Below, piece by piece: positions 27,672 to 37,208 of a DNA stretch of 64,000 nucleotides; positions within the stretch are counted from its first letter, which is position 1; every line of letters begins with the position of its first letter. The notes below the pieces were generated by a model. That model saw nothing but the letters and a program-made list of their open reading frames with translations, did not search any database and had not been told where the DNA came from. Made by a program: the position numbers and the translations under genes. The stretch is from a virus: IMG/VR virus record IMGVR_UViG_3300032245_001466, positions 18,938 through 82,937 of that record; one strand, 5' to 3'.

Positions 27672-27992
27672 ATGTTAGTTCATAAATCGTGTGATCTTCA
27701 GGACGTAGACGGTAGGGACGCGGTTGCTCGCGTTCGCCGCGGGGTCTACTTCCTTGGCAATACGCCTGTATCGTTTGAGTTGTTCAGCACCACATCGGCA
27801 GAGGGCGGCATTCAGATTGCCGTTGCCAATGATTACGCAATCGGAGAGGGCGGCGGGTACATCGACTCGATCGAGTGCTACGACTGCGGCAAGACGGTTG
27901 AGTCGTTCCCAGAGATCGAGATGTACAAGTTGGAGCGGATTCTTGACGCGTCCCCAGAAGACTACGACTTGGTTGAATACCATGCCGAGTGA
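27672..27992 (+). CDS. hypothetical protein
   Basis: AGGAGG RBS; CYDCG. Confidence 0.55.
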   Translation: MLVHKSCDLQDVDGRDAVARVRRGVYFLGNTPVSFELFSTTSAEGGIQIAVANDYAIGEGGGYIDSIECYDCGKTVESFPEIEMYKLERILDASPEDYDLVEYHAE

Positions 27993-28203
27993 ACACCGAG
28001 GACACGAGATCGAGGTTGGGGTCTACGGCCCTAATCTTGTCAAGAATGATCAGTTGTTATTCGATATGAGCGACATACACAACTTATCACTGGAATGCCT
28101 TGACTGTTCCGCGGTCATCGTGGATTATGACATCGACGCAGAGATGACTGTGGCGAAGGCCCGCAATCTGATCTCTGACGCAATCAAGGAGGTACTCGCA
28201 TGA
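27982..28203 (+). CDS. hypothetical protein (HRGHEIEV..YG...LECLDC)
   Basis: Coupled ORF. Confidence 0.55.
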   Translation: MPSEHRGHEIEVGVYGPNLVKNDQLLFDMSDIHNLSLECLDCSAVIVDYDIDAEMTVAKARNLISDAIKEVLA

Positions 28204-28646
28204 TCGAAACTGTCCTACCCCAAAGTTCAATTGTTTTCTTGATCGCAGTCTGGCTCTTTGCTTGGGTAACTGCTCGATGATCGTGGAGGAGGCGACGGAA
28301 CGGTTCCTCTGCTACGACTGCGAGGACTACCATCACGGCAAGCCATACTTCACCATGATCGCCGCGACAAAGCGCGACCCAGGCGCGTTCCTCTGTAAGG
28401 AGTGCTTCGCGGGACTAGAGAAGCGGGGGTACGTTCCCGATTCTGAATAATAATAGCCCCGATTAGGGGGCTAGGAGCCCTGGAAACGATAGACCCCCTC
28501 CTGGGACACCAGGTTGGGGGTTTTCGTTGCTCTCCGTGGCGCAAATCTGGGTGTGCGGTTGTTCTAACTCGGGACTCTGTCCCCTGGTTCTATCCCGCCA
28601 GCCCGGACAATAACTTTTGTTCGATCCCGCCAGCCCAGAAAATAAC

Positions 28647-28817
28647 CTAGCCGCGCCGTGCCCAGCCCTCTCCGCGGTATACAACCTGGATACTATTTAT
28701 GCAGCGCACTAACTCACCCCCACAGTCTTCGTGGACAAGGTCCGGCACTTCGTCTGCCTTATGGAGGAGCTCAATAACTGCCTCGCACTTCTGGCACTGG
28801 TAGTCGTAGGTGGGCAT
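28647..28817 (-). CDS. FmdB-family zinc-ribbon protein
   Basis: MPTYDYQCQKC...CGGEL.R......YRGEGW; AGGAGG RBS; translated by hand. Confidence 0.8.
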   Translation of the reverse strand: MPTYDYQCQKCEAVIELLHKADEVPDLVHEDCGGELVRCINSIQVVYRGEGWARRG

Positions 28818-28835
28818 ATGGGCCTCCTGAATAAC

Positions 28836-28911
28836 TGGTGGGGGCGCCTGGATTTGAACCAGGGGCCGTCCGGATATAAGCCGGATGCTCTAACCGCTGA
28901 GCTACGCCCCC
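28836..28911 (-). tRNA. tRNA-Ile(UAU)
   Basis: GGGGGCG/CGCCCCC acceptor + ACCA; D arm GCTC..GAGC; anticodon arm TCCGG-CTTATAT-CCGGA; T loop GTTCAAATC; 76 nt. Confidence 0.9.
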
Positions 28912-29108
28912 TCGGTGTCGTAGCGGTTCCATTCTTTGCGGGCGCGCAACTTCTTCATTTTTTGATCAATCTCTAACCTGGTGATGACGTCCTTGATGCA
29001 TCGCTTACAGACCAGGAAAATAACCCGTTGCTCGTCTTCCTGCTCATAGATAGGACCCAGTTCCTGGCAGTAGTTGCACATCCCTATCTTTTGCTCTGAT
29101 TTCGCCAT
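28902..29108 (-). CDS. small Zn-finger protein
   Basis: CNYC...CKRC. Confidence 0.5.
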   Translation of the reverse strand: MAKSEQKIGMCNYCQELGPIYEQEDEQRVIFLVCKRCIKDVITRLEIDQKMKKLRARKEWNRYDTEGA

Positions 29109-29582
29109 ATGGGCCCCCGGAATAACTACGTGGTTAGCGCGAAAACCTAACGAATGAGCGTGAACCTGCTCGAGAGGCATTCGGCCGGGGGGTGGCCCAG
29201 GTGTTTCCACCCCACCCCACCTCACGCAATAGTATCACCTTTTTCACCATCCGCAACCCCATCGCCACGATCCTCTGTGCTCAAACTGCGGAACGACCCC
29301 AAGATTTCCTCACCTGACGGCATCCCGTATAAATCCCCCACACGTAGGGTATCGATGGTGCCTTTCAGCCCCTTTATCATTGCGACCCGAAGATCCATAT
29401 GATCGCTGTTCATACAGATCAACCCTGTGCGATTTCCGCCACACTCGCAGTCATTACGCTTTGCGATAGAGAGCACGGTGACATGGGAGAGGGAGCCCGC
29501 ATTCCATAACTCCCATGCCTTCTCCAAAGAGATGATCTCTGCAAGATGGGCTTCCAGTGCGTTATCAATCACTCCTTGCACC

Positions 29583-29798
29583 TCACTCACCCAAGAAGTC
29601 ACGGATGAGCCATGCACGTGCTGGGTGCTTGAGCTTCTTCAGTGCTCGCTGTTCAATCTGTCGCACGCGTTCACGAGAGATACGGAACTCTGCTGCGATC
29701 TCCTCCAATGTCCATGGACGACCTGTGCCAATGGTGAGATTCCCTGCGTCGTAGGTGCCTTGTTCGTCTTTTGTCACTGCTACCTTTTTGCGTCCCAT
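29583..29798 (-). CDS. stand-alone sigma70 region 4 protein
   Basis: TLEEIAAEFRISRERVRQIEQRALKKLKHP...RDFL closely matches the RpoD/SigA C-terminus; AGGAG RBS. Confidence 0.85.
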   Translation of the reverse strand: MGRKKVAVTKDEQGTYDAGNLTIGTGRPWTLEEIAAEFRISRERVRQIEQRALKKLKHPARAWLIRDFLGE

Positions 29799-29915
29799 GT
29801 GTTTCTCCTCTCCTTAGGTGCCCATGTGGGCGTGCCCCTCGCAGGCTCGGGTCGGGCTCTCGCCTCACGGTCAAGCCTCGCTGTCGCGAGTCTTGCCCCT
29901 ACGGGCTTCGATCCC

Positions 29916-30392
29916 TCACGTGTCTGCTGGGAAATATCCGCTATTCCAACCGAACTTTCTGCTCTCAGGGATGATACCATCATGCACCATCTCTCGCGCA
30001 GCGACCATCGCTTGCGGGTATGAGTTTGCCACAGTCCACACCTCGGTGTCAAATAGGTCTGGTGTGTATTGCTTCATAAGCGCAAAGAAGCCCATCGCCC
30101 AATCCTTCGAGTGCGCCTCGTTCAGCCACACATGGGCCAACTCATGCAGCGCAATCAGGATGTCTGGCCGACAAAGCTGGACAGAGCGCTCCGAGAATGT
30201 CGTAAGCCCAAGAGGATGGTTGTCTTGTGGGTATCCGTCTCCATGGCGATGAAGCACTAACTCTGCGAGCGGGATGTCGTAGGAGGAGCAAGCGTCGGCA
30301 AGTGTTGCCACAACAGTATCCCACTCATCCAGATTTTCATACTCAATGCCGTCGCCAAAAGAGAGGAGGAACGGCAAGCCTTCAAGCGGCAC
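29916..30392 (-). CDS. HExxH metallopeptidase-like protein
   Basis: ALHELAHVW...H...W. Confidence 0.6.
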   Translation of the reverse strand: MPLEGLPFLLSFGDGIEYENLDEWDTVVATLADACSSYDIPLAELVLHRHGDGYPQDNHPLGLTTFSERSVQLCRPDILIALHELAHVWLNEAHSKDWAMGFFALMKQYTPDLFDTEVWTVANSYPQAMVAAREMVHDGIIPESRKFGWNSGYFPADT

Positions 30393-30395
30393 GAA

Positions 30396-30797
30396 TTAAC
30401 TCTTAGGGAATTGTGGGAGCGGCAGGAGTGGTGAAACAATGCGCGCCCAGTGGTCTGTCGCCCGCTCGGTAGCGTCAAGATAGTTTGGCTCAAACGTCGA
30501 CCAGCCAATCTTCCCCAGCGCCTCTTCTAGGTTCTCAACAACGCGATCGGTTCCGGCGTTGACGATGTGTCCTAACTCGTGGCACAGCGTGACGCGTTGC
30601 TTCTCTGGGTCGTAAGAGAAAAAATCTTTTTGCAGTCGCATCTCAGCATAGCTTCTCTGGGGTGATACTTCAATGTCAGCGTCAGCATCTGGATCAGCAA
30701 AGTCGCGAGAGATGGCAATCTCCCAGTGCGAAATACCAAACACAATAGCGGCGGCGGTGACCCACTCTTCAACAGCCTTAAACTTGTCTACCTTCAT
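30396..30797 (-). CDS. HExxH metallopeptidase-like protein
   Basis: TLCHELGH...ERA. Confidence 0.6.
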   Translation of the reverse strand: MKVDKFKAVEEWVTAAAIVFGISHWEIAISRDFADPDADADIEVSPQRSYAEMRLQKDFFSYDPEKQRVTLCHELGHIVNAGTDRVVENLEEALGKIGWSTFEPNYLDATERATDHWARIVSPLLPLPQFPKS

Positions 30798-30913
30798 TGC
30801 ACACGCTCCGTACTACGCACCAGCATTGGGTGGGGGCAGAGCATAACAGCGGTGCATCTTCCGCCGCAATCTGTCATAATGCTGCCTATAACCACCATAG
30901 ATAGGAGCCCCCC

Positions 30914-31216
30914 ATGATCATCAACCTTGAGTCGTCGACCCTCCAAGAGACCATCGGAACCGCCAGTGCCATTGTAGACTTTTGGGCGCCGTGGTGCAAC
31001 CCATGCAAGGCAATCAATGCGGAGTTGGAAAAGGTTAATCAAACTCGACCAGACATCACGATTGTCAAGGTGAATGTGGATAACCATCAAGAACTGGTAC
31101 GGGAATATCATATCAAATCAGTACCCACCGTCTTGTTTATTCGCGATGGCGGGGCACCCACCTCGGTGGCGGGACTGATCCGCGCCGAAGAAATGATCAA
31201 GAAGGTTAGCCGTTGA
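30914..31216 (+). CDS. trxA: thioredoxin
   Basis: VDFWAPWCNPCK...KVNVD...IKSVPT. Confidence 0.92.
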   Translation: MIINLESSTLQETIGTASAIVDFWAPWCNPCKAINAELEKVNQTRPDITIVKVNVDNHQELVREYHIKSVPTVLFIRDGGAPTSVAGLIRAEEMIKKVSR

Positions 31217-31376
31217 AGCTCGTTGCGACAATCACCCTGCTTCCTGGGCGGGTGCAGGTATGGCGGGTTGACGCCAATGGAGAGGTGCATCTTGCCATTA
31301 CCCCAGAAGAGGCGCTTGACGCAGTGCTCTCCGCTGCGACCGGTCGGTCAGTGAGTGTAAACTGGATTGGCGTCCC

Positions 31377-31895
31377 TCAGGACTTTGACCCGCCCGGATG
31401 GGATGGTCGCCTTGATCGTCTTCCACCAAACGCAATGGCGTGAAATTTGTGCCCACACATCGGGCACTCAGTCTTTTTCTCGTCAAGGTCCATTGGGTCT
31501 GGCTCCATCGCCTGCCGAACCAGTCGGTCCATATCTTCAAGGTCATAGCCAGTAGAGTCAAGGAGCCCATCTACGGCGGACTCGTACACAACGCGCGCCA
31601 GGATTTCGTCGTCATAGCCACCAAGATCTGACGCTCGATTGTCGGCAAGAAGAATTGCCCTTGCCCGCTGATCGTCGACATCTGCCCATTGCACGGGGAT
31701 CTCTTCAAGATTAAGAATGAGCGCGGCCTTAACTCGATGGTTTCCAACCAAGATTCTTCGCGTAGACTTTTGGCAAACGACTACGCCGTGCCAGCCATTC
31801 TTTTTGATTGACTCGACAATTGCCCCAACGTCACCCGAGCGCGGATTGTCTGGGTGCGGCTTTAGGGTTGCTGGTCGCTCTTGCGTGATTTCCAA
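31377..31895 (-). CDS. ParB/Srx-like N-terminal domain protein
   Basis: PHPDNPR.GDV..I.ESI...GNHR..A...LADNR; C-terminal CPMCGHKF. Confidence 0.85.
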   Translation of the reverse strand: MEITQERPATLKPHPDNPRSGDVGAIVESIKKNGWHGVVVCQKSTRRILVGNHRVKAALILNLEEIPVQWADVDDQRARAILLADNRASDLGGYDDEILARVVYESAVDGLLDSTGYDLEDMDRLVRQAMEPDPMDLDEKKTECPMCGHKFHAIAFGGRRSRRPSHPGGSKS

Positions 31896-32593
31896 GCTTC
31901 ACCCCCATCGTTGGGGAAGCCCTTATGCTTTCGGGCCTCAAAGATCATCTTGTCATATGTGTATAGCCATGGCTGCTCGTTTCTCTCAAGCAATGGATCG
32001 CGAAATTCATTTGTGCCAATCCATTCGTGCTTAACAATATCATCAGAAATGTACGTCAATTTACCAAGGGCATTGCCAACTTCGGTATACTCGTTGTCGG
32101 CAAAAAGAGATTTGTACCCAGGGTAGTATATATGACCAAAGCGTTCATAATACTTTCTCCCAGAGGCGACAATTGTGCAGTTATTGCTTCCGCCCATTGC
32201 ATGATCATCCAGCCATAGCGCGCCGTCCGTGTCCGGATAGTGCTCAATTAGGCGAGAGAGCATCATGTCATCATAGCCAAATGAGAGCGGGATCATGTCG
32301 TCCTGCCCATTGAAGACCATATCCCAGTCGTCGCTTGCCTTGTCCATGTCGGCGTTAATTGCCTCAATCTTTGTGGAAGAGTTTCCGTAGAAATATTTAA
32401 GATCCGTGCCGTTTGACTTAATGCGCTCAAGCTTTTCCTTCACGGCGTCGTTGTTCATTAGCTTGTCGTCTTCGTCCATAGAAATAAGAATCTCAATCTG
32501 ATGTCGACCAGATGCCATGGCAATGTACTTTTCTAACGTCTTAAAGAAAAGCTCAGGGCGCTGTCTAGTTGGAAATTTAATAAGTAGTTTCAC
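31862..32593 (-). CDS. glycosyltransferase (GT-A)
   Basis: KFPTR.RP, KIEAIN, DDM, YYPGY.SLF.DNE. Confidence 0.75.
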   Translation of the reverse strand: MKLLIKFPTRQRPELFFKTLEKYIAMASGRHQIEILISMDEDDKLMNNDAVKEKLERIKSNGTDLKYFYGNSSTKIEAINADMDKASDDWDMVFNGQDDMIPLSFGYDDMMLSRLIEHYPDTDGALWLDDHAMGGSNNCTIVASGRKYYERFGHIYYPGYKSLFADNEYTEVGNALGKLTYISDDIVKHEWIGTNEFRDPLLERNEQPWLYTYDKMIFEARKHKGFPNDGGEAWKSRKSDQQP

Positions 32594-33177
32594 TTGATGT
32601 TCTTCAACAGTTCTGCCCGGAGTGCCAGCGGGAACTCATGGGACTGATAGTAATAATAAATCACGCCATCCACCTTTCCTTCCGTCTTCAGATATTTCTG
32701 AAGATCCTTTGAGTATTGATGGTCCTCGCCATGATTAATCTCTTGGAACCGAACTTGCAGCGCATACTCTCGCTTGATAGCGTTTAGGTGACTTGGCATG
32801 CGGTAGTCAATGCCCTCGCTTGTATACCAGCTTGTGTACTCGATTGAATGCCTAAAGAGCCGCTTGCTTCCGTCGCGCCAGTAAACATACCCATCGAGAG
32901 AAGCGCAGTCTGGGTTGCCCTCAAGGGCCGCCAAGACCTTTTCCACATAATCCTTGCTGATCATGTCGTCATCGTCAATGAACGCGACGTAATCGCCGGT
33001 AGCACCCTCAAGCAGCGTGTTCCTCTTGGCCCCAATGGTCTGCTCCCCATTGTCGGGGAGGATGAGCATCTCAACGTCAGTTGTCAGTTGATTGACAATT
33101 TCTGACGTAATTTGCTCACAAATTTTTGAGCGCTCATGCAGCGTTGGGATTAAGAGCGAAAGCCGCTTGTGACCCAT
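32590..33177 (-). CDS. family 2 glycosyltransferase
   Basis: LSLLIPT...GAKRN.L...A.GDYVAFIDDDD...GED. Confidence 0.85.
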   Translation of the reverse strand: MGHKRLSLLIPTLHERSKICEQITSEIVNQLTTDVEMLILPDNGEQTIGAKRNTLLEGATGDYVAFIDDDDMISKDYVEKVLAALEGNPDCASLDGYVYWRDGSKRLFRHSIEYTSWYTSEGIDYRMPSHLNAIKREYALQVRFQEINHGEDHQYSKDLQKYLKTEGKVDGVIYYYYQSHEFPLALRAELLKNIK

Positions 33178-34163
33178 TACTCCGATCCCCGCTTCTTCTT
33201 CTCTACCTGCTCAAATACCCATGCATACGTTTTTTCTAAGCCGCTGCGCAAAGAGATAGACGGCTGCCAACCAAGGCGCTCCTGAATCATGGTGTTGTCG
33301 CTGTTTCTTCCGCGAACGCCCTTTGGCGCATCAAGGTTGTATTGCCGCTCAAGTTTTATCCCCGCAATGTCTTCCACAATAGAAACCAGTTGATTAATCG
33401 AAACCAACTCAGACGACCCAAGGTTTAGCGGATCATGAATGTCCGACTGCATAATGCGAATCGTCCCCTGGACACAATCGTCAATGTACATAAATGATCG
33501 CGTCTGTTCGCCATCGCCCCAAATCTCAATTTCATGCTTTCTACCAATGACCGCCTCTGCAACTTTTCGACAAATAGCGGCGGGGGCTTTTTCTCTTCCG
33601 CCAATCCACGTTCCATTTGGTCCGTATACATTGTGATATCGAGCAATGCGAGTCTCAAGTTTAAAGTCTTCGTAAAAGTGTCGGGCCATGCGCTCAGAAA
33701 AAAGTTTCTCCCAGCCATAGCCGTCCTCTGCCATTGCGGGATAGGCATCAGACTCTTTTAGCGCGGTGACATTGGGGTCAATCTGCTTATCTGCCGCATA
33801 CACACAGGCGCTGGAAGAATAGAAAAATCGTTTAACGTTTGCTTTTCGGGCAGCAACCAACATGTTGGTGCTAGTTAAGACGGAAAGCATGCAGGCGGCT
33901 TTGTTGTGTTCAATAAAACCCATACCGCCCATGTCGGCGGCAAGATTGTACACCTCGTCCATGCCAAGCGCTGACATATTGGCATACTCCGCAATAGAAA
34001 GATTTGTCTCACCATGCGACTTTGCCGTTGGGGAAATTTGCTCCCACTCCGAGAGCGGCTTTTTATCCACGGCAAAAACTTGGCCCTCATCGCGACGCAC
34101 AAGTTCACGAACAAGCCACCCGCCAATAAAGCCACCCGCACCCGTAACAAGAATTCGCTTCAT
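33177..34163 (-). CDS. NAD-dependent sugar epimerase (GDP-mannose 3,5-epimerase-like)
   Basis: GAGGFIG, NLAADMGGMGFI, YSSSACVY, YGWEK, GGREKAPAA, GVRGRNSDN. Confidence 0.9.
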   Translation of the reverse strand: MKRILVTGAGGFIGGWLVRELVRRDEGQVFAVDKKPLSEWEQISPTAKSHGETNLSIAEYANMSALGMDEVYNLAADMGGMGFIEHNKAACMLSVLTSTNMLVAARKANVKRFFYSSSACVYAADKQIDPNVTALKESDAYPAMAEDGYGWEKLFSERMARHFYEDFKLETRIARYHNVYGPNGTWIGGREKAPAAICRKVAEAVIGRKHEIEIWGDGEQTRSFMYIDDCVQGTIRIMQSDIHDPLNLGSSELVSINQLVSIVEDIAGIKLERQYNLDAPKGVRGRNSDNTMIQERLGWQPSISLRSGLEKTYAWVFEQVEKKKRGSE

Positions 34164-34210
34164 GGGGGGAGTATACACAACCTTTGGATATTGCCAGGGT
34201 TGTTTGTGTT

Positions 34211-34513
34211 TTAGCCTGTGCCAAGCATACTTTGTAACTTTTTTCTGTCGCGTTTTCTTCTCTGACGCTCGGCCATCTTTGCCTTCCATACCGGGTCCCC
34301 TTTACGGCGTTGCCAGCGGAGGCGCTGTTTTTCCGCCGCCCTTGCCCTCTGCTCTGGGGTTCTTACCCTGCTTGGGTCTCGATCGTGCTGCGCTTTTTTT
34401 ACTTCGTATTTGCAGGCCTTACAGTTTTTGTCCGTACTTTTTTGATAAAAATCCGCAGAGTCTGGCCAGTTCTCGCCACATCGACCGCACGTTTTTACAT
34501 CAACCCAAGCCAT
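34211..34513 (-). CDS. Zn-finger basic protein
   Basis: KTCGRCGE...FY...CKAC. Confidence 0.55.
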   Translation of the reverse strand: MAWVDVKTCGRCGENWPDSADFYQKSTDKNCKACKYEVKKAQHDRDPSRVRTPEQRARAAEKQRLRWQRRKGDPVWKAKMAERQRRKRDRKKLQSMLGTG

Positions 34514-34526
34514 TCCCGAACCCCAC

Positions 34527-35246
34527 CTACGGAAGATATTCTACCGTGATCCAGTTGCTTCCCCACTGCGCGCCCGTTAATGCATTTCGGTAGTATCTCT
34601 TGCCGTTTATGTAATACGTTTCTCGCCCCATCTCGGCCCACGCCTCTGGGCTTAAGTCTACCAAAGGACGAATCTTTTTGCCATCAGAAACCACGTATCC
34701 ACTACACTCGCATGAATCAGCAACCCAGACAACAACACGAATACCTGTCTCCAGGGATGTGATTCTAAGTTTGTGAGCCGGAACCGTGTGGTGTCTTGGA
34801 ATTTGCTTCGCAATGATGCTTCGCAAATATGGCCCAAGCGCTGCATAAAGATTTTCTGTTGTTGAGGTCCATTTCCTTCGATACTGAATCCATCCGCCCA
34901 TATTAACAGCGCGACACTTCCATTGCGGGTTTTTTGCACATGACTTTTTTGTCTCAACGAGATATCCATTTCTGCCGGGCTTACCTTTTCTGCTAAGCGA
35001 ATACCACGCCTGGACGTTACCAGCATAAAAAGCGTCATAAGTTGTCGCGTATCCAGTAACTGATTCAGAAAAAATCCACTCAAGTGGCTCCGAACATTCC
35101 GGCAGTTGCCTATCTACCCCAGCGCATTCTGCCTTCGTAATCTGAAAATTAATTGGCTGTTTTGGCTCGACCAAAATCGTCGTCGGGAGAGCCAGCGACG
35201 CAATGACGATTGCGGAAACTACAAGGCGCAAAAGCCTTAGCTGCAA
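34527..35246 (-). CDS. secreted/membrane-anchored protein, possibly RlpA/double-psi-barrel-like
   Basis: Signal-like N-terminus; G.AT.Y...V.V.V.DSC.C...VDLSP.A. Confidence 0.5.
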   Translation of the reverse strand: MQLRLLRLVVSAIVIASLALPTTILVEPKQPINFQITKAECAGVDRQLPECSEPLEWIFSESVTGYATTYDAFYAGNVQAWYSLSRKGKPGRNGYLVETKKSCAKNPQWKCRAVNMGGWIQYRRKWTSTTENLYAALGPYLRSIIAKQIPRHHTVPAHKLRITSLETGIRVVVWVADSCECSGYVVSDGKKIRPLVDLSPEAWAEMGRETYYINGKRYYRNALTGAQWGSNWITVEYLP

Positions 35247-35441
35247 ATCCCGATACCACGACGAGTCATCTCCTCGTCAACAAGTGCGATGCCACCCATC
35301 GCGCTGGCAATGTAGCGAAGGCGATCTTTTTCGCTTCGATCCTCAAGATACGCTACCCAGCTAAACATTAGCGATCTTCTTTCTGCTGCGCGAATCAGAT
35401 CGCTGTCGCTCATTTTTGAGAAATCTTTTCTAGGCTTATGC

Positions 35442-35774
35442 CTATGCTTTGCCACGCTTTTCCTCCTCTTCGTAAAAAGCAAGCCAAACGCAAAGCGCCA
35501 TTGCTTTGCACTGTGCGGCAATGCCTTGCTTTTGATTGTATTCATCAGGGTTTACTTCTAACACATCACAAAGCGCCTGAAGAAATTCTTTATGCCAAAT
35601 GCCATACGAAACAACTGGCTCTGACTGATGTGGGCGGACCAACTGGTCAACAAAACTTTTTGGCCACCCACCGTCAATGTAGAACGATGGGTCAACAACT
35701 TCTCGCCAGTTGTCACCGACGGTTAGTTGCGCCTTGGTCTCACGCATAATTTGCAGTGCTTCCGACCTAGTCAT
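35442..35774 (-). CDS. hypothetical protein
   Basis: ORF downstream of tRNA. Confidence 0.45.
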   Translation of the reverse strand: MTRSEALQIMRETKAQLTVGDNWREVVDPSFYIDGGWPKSFVDQLVRPHQSEPVVSYGIWHKEFLQALCDVLEVNPDEYNQKQGIAAQCKAMALCVWLAFYEEEEKRGKA

Positions 35775-35796
35775 GATGCGAGTATAGCAGAAATCG

Positions 35797-35872
35797 TGGC
35801 GCCGCCGACAGGAATCGAACCTGCGACTAACTGCTTAGAAGGCAGCTGCTCTATCCACTGAGCTACGGCGGC
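35797..35872 (-). tRNA. tRNA-Arg(UCU)
   Basis: GCCGCCG acceptor, anticodon loop CTTCTAA, GTTCGATTC T loop, GCCA end; 76 nt. Confidence 0.92.
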
Positions 35873-35877
35873 GAAGA

Positions 35878-36228
35878 TTACCGCTTCCCCTTGCTCACCA
35901 GTTCGTATGCCGCACTGCCAATCAAGAAGTGACTTACGCCCAACTCTTTTGCAATGCGGCCAATGGGCTTTTTATTTTTTGCTGCGGATTCAACCGCTCG
36001 CAAAAGATTCTCATCAACCTTCTTTGACTTAAATGTTTGTCGGTTGCGATTACTTCCGTAAGACTCCACCTCTGAGCGAACGTACATGATCCGCGGACGC
36101 CCACCGTTAGGTCCTTGGCCGGCGTTAAACTTCTGCCACCCATAGCGTCGAGCGGCCTGTACTGCCGCAGAATACGAGACTCCAAGAATCTCTGCCGCTT
36201 CGGAAATCGAAACGTGCTCTGTCTTCAT
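35878..36228 (-). CDS. HTH DNA-binding protein (excisionase-like N-terminal HTH plus second HTH)
   Basis: SISEAAEILGVS...; IAKELGVS. Confidence 0.65.
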   Translation of the reverse strand: MKTEHVSISEAAEILGVSYSAAVQAARRYGWQKFNAGQGPNGGRPRIMYVRSEVESYGSNRNRQTFKSKKVDENLLRAVESAAKNKKPIGRIAKELGVSHFLIGSAAYELVSKGKR

Positions 36229-36372
36229 TTTCTCCTTCTTTCCCCAAGTCATCTTCGCTTGGACAACCACTATACGCGACCCACAATGAGGCTGTCAAGT
36301 TGGCGATCAAAGTAAGACATCACTCAAAATGCGTCAACGGGGGAAAAAGGGTAGGGATAAAGGGGGAAATAG

Positions 36373-36591
36373 GATTACGAAGGTATCTTAAGAACATGAG
36401 GTATGAAATACCGAATGTTCTTGAGATACCGTAGTAATCGGGTACAGTATCCCGAGAGTTCCTGAGGTACGTAGTACCGAAGGAACTAGAGGGATAGCTG
36501 TACCCGGAAGTTAACGGTATTTCTAAGAGTACATAATACTTAAGTACCGTTATACCTAAGAACCATATTGTTCCTGTTACCTGAGAACAAT
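36373..36591. other. cluster of long imperfect inverted repeats (candidate origin or structured site)
   Basis: Hairpins 36373-36439, 36439-36506, ~36512-36552 and ~36567-36591 in a non-coding gap between divergent genes. Confidence 0.7.
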
Positions 36592-36839
36592 AGAGAGGAT
36601 TGTACAGGTGGAAATTGACTTGTCAAGTCCAGACACACAAACTGCCGAGCAGTCGCCTGAAGATATTATATTAACTTGCGCAAATTGTGGAAAAAAGATG
36701 GAAGAGCGAAAATGCAAGTTGATTTGCGAGTGCGGCTATTACGCGTCGTGTTCTGACTACTATTAAATTTGCGGCAAAGGGAGAAATGTTGTAGGCTATC
36801 CACAAGCAGGTAAATACCCCTGCAAAAAGTGGAGGAGCA

Positions 36840-37208
36840 ATGAATCAAGGGCAAGGCGTTGTTGACCAAATTATTGTTCAACAAGTTTTAATGCATCGAG
36901 CGCCAGCGGGTGTTTCAAGTATTTCTGGAGCTTGTCGCGCACTTGCGTCAGATTACGGAATTACTCCGGAAACTATGCGGACGTATGCCCACAAGGGTGT
37001 TCCTGGGAAGTCAAAAATTGCAAGAAGGATCTTGATGGAATTTTCCGAAGTTGAAGCAAGTCAACATTCCGCCGTCGTTAAAGTTTCTGCGAGCAAAGAA
37101 AACCTTATAAAATCAATTGAAGAAATTACGCAAGCGTTTGAATCCTCAGCAGAAACGCTTCGCGCATTGAAAAAAACCGTTGCAGAAGAAATTGGAGTTT
37201 CAAAGTGA
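36840..37208 (+). CDS. hypothetical HTH-like protein
   Basis: GGAGGAG RBS; LASDYGITPETMR. Confidence 0.5.
   Translation: MNQGQGVVDQIIVQQVLMHRAPAGVSSISGACRALASDYGITPETMRTYAHKGVPGKSKIARRILMEFSEVEASQHSAVVKVSASKENLIKSIEEITQAFESSAETLRALKKTVAEEIGVSK

Noticed and set aside
29125-29222. GC-rich stem-loops as a further tRNA or ncRNA
   Set aside because: Hairpins are present but there is no cloverleaf or recognisable family; too weak to call.
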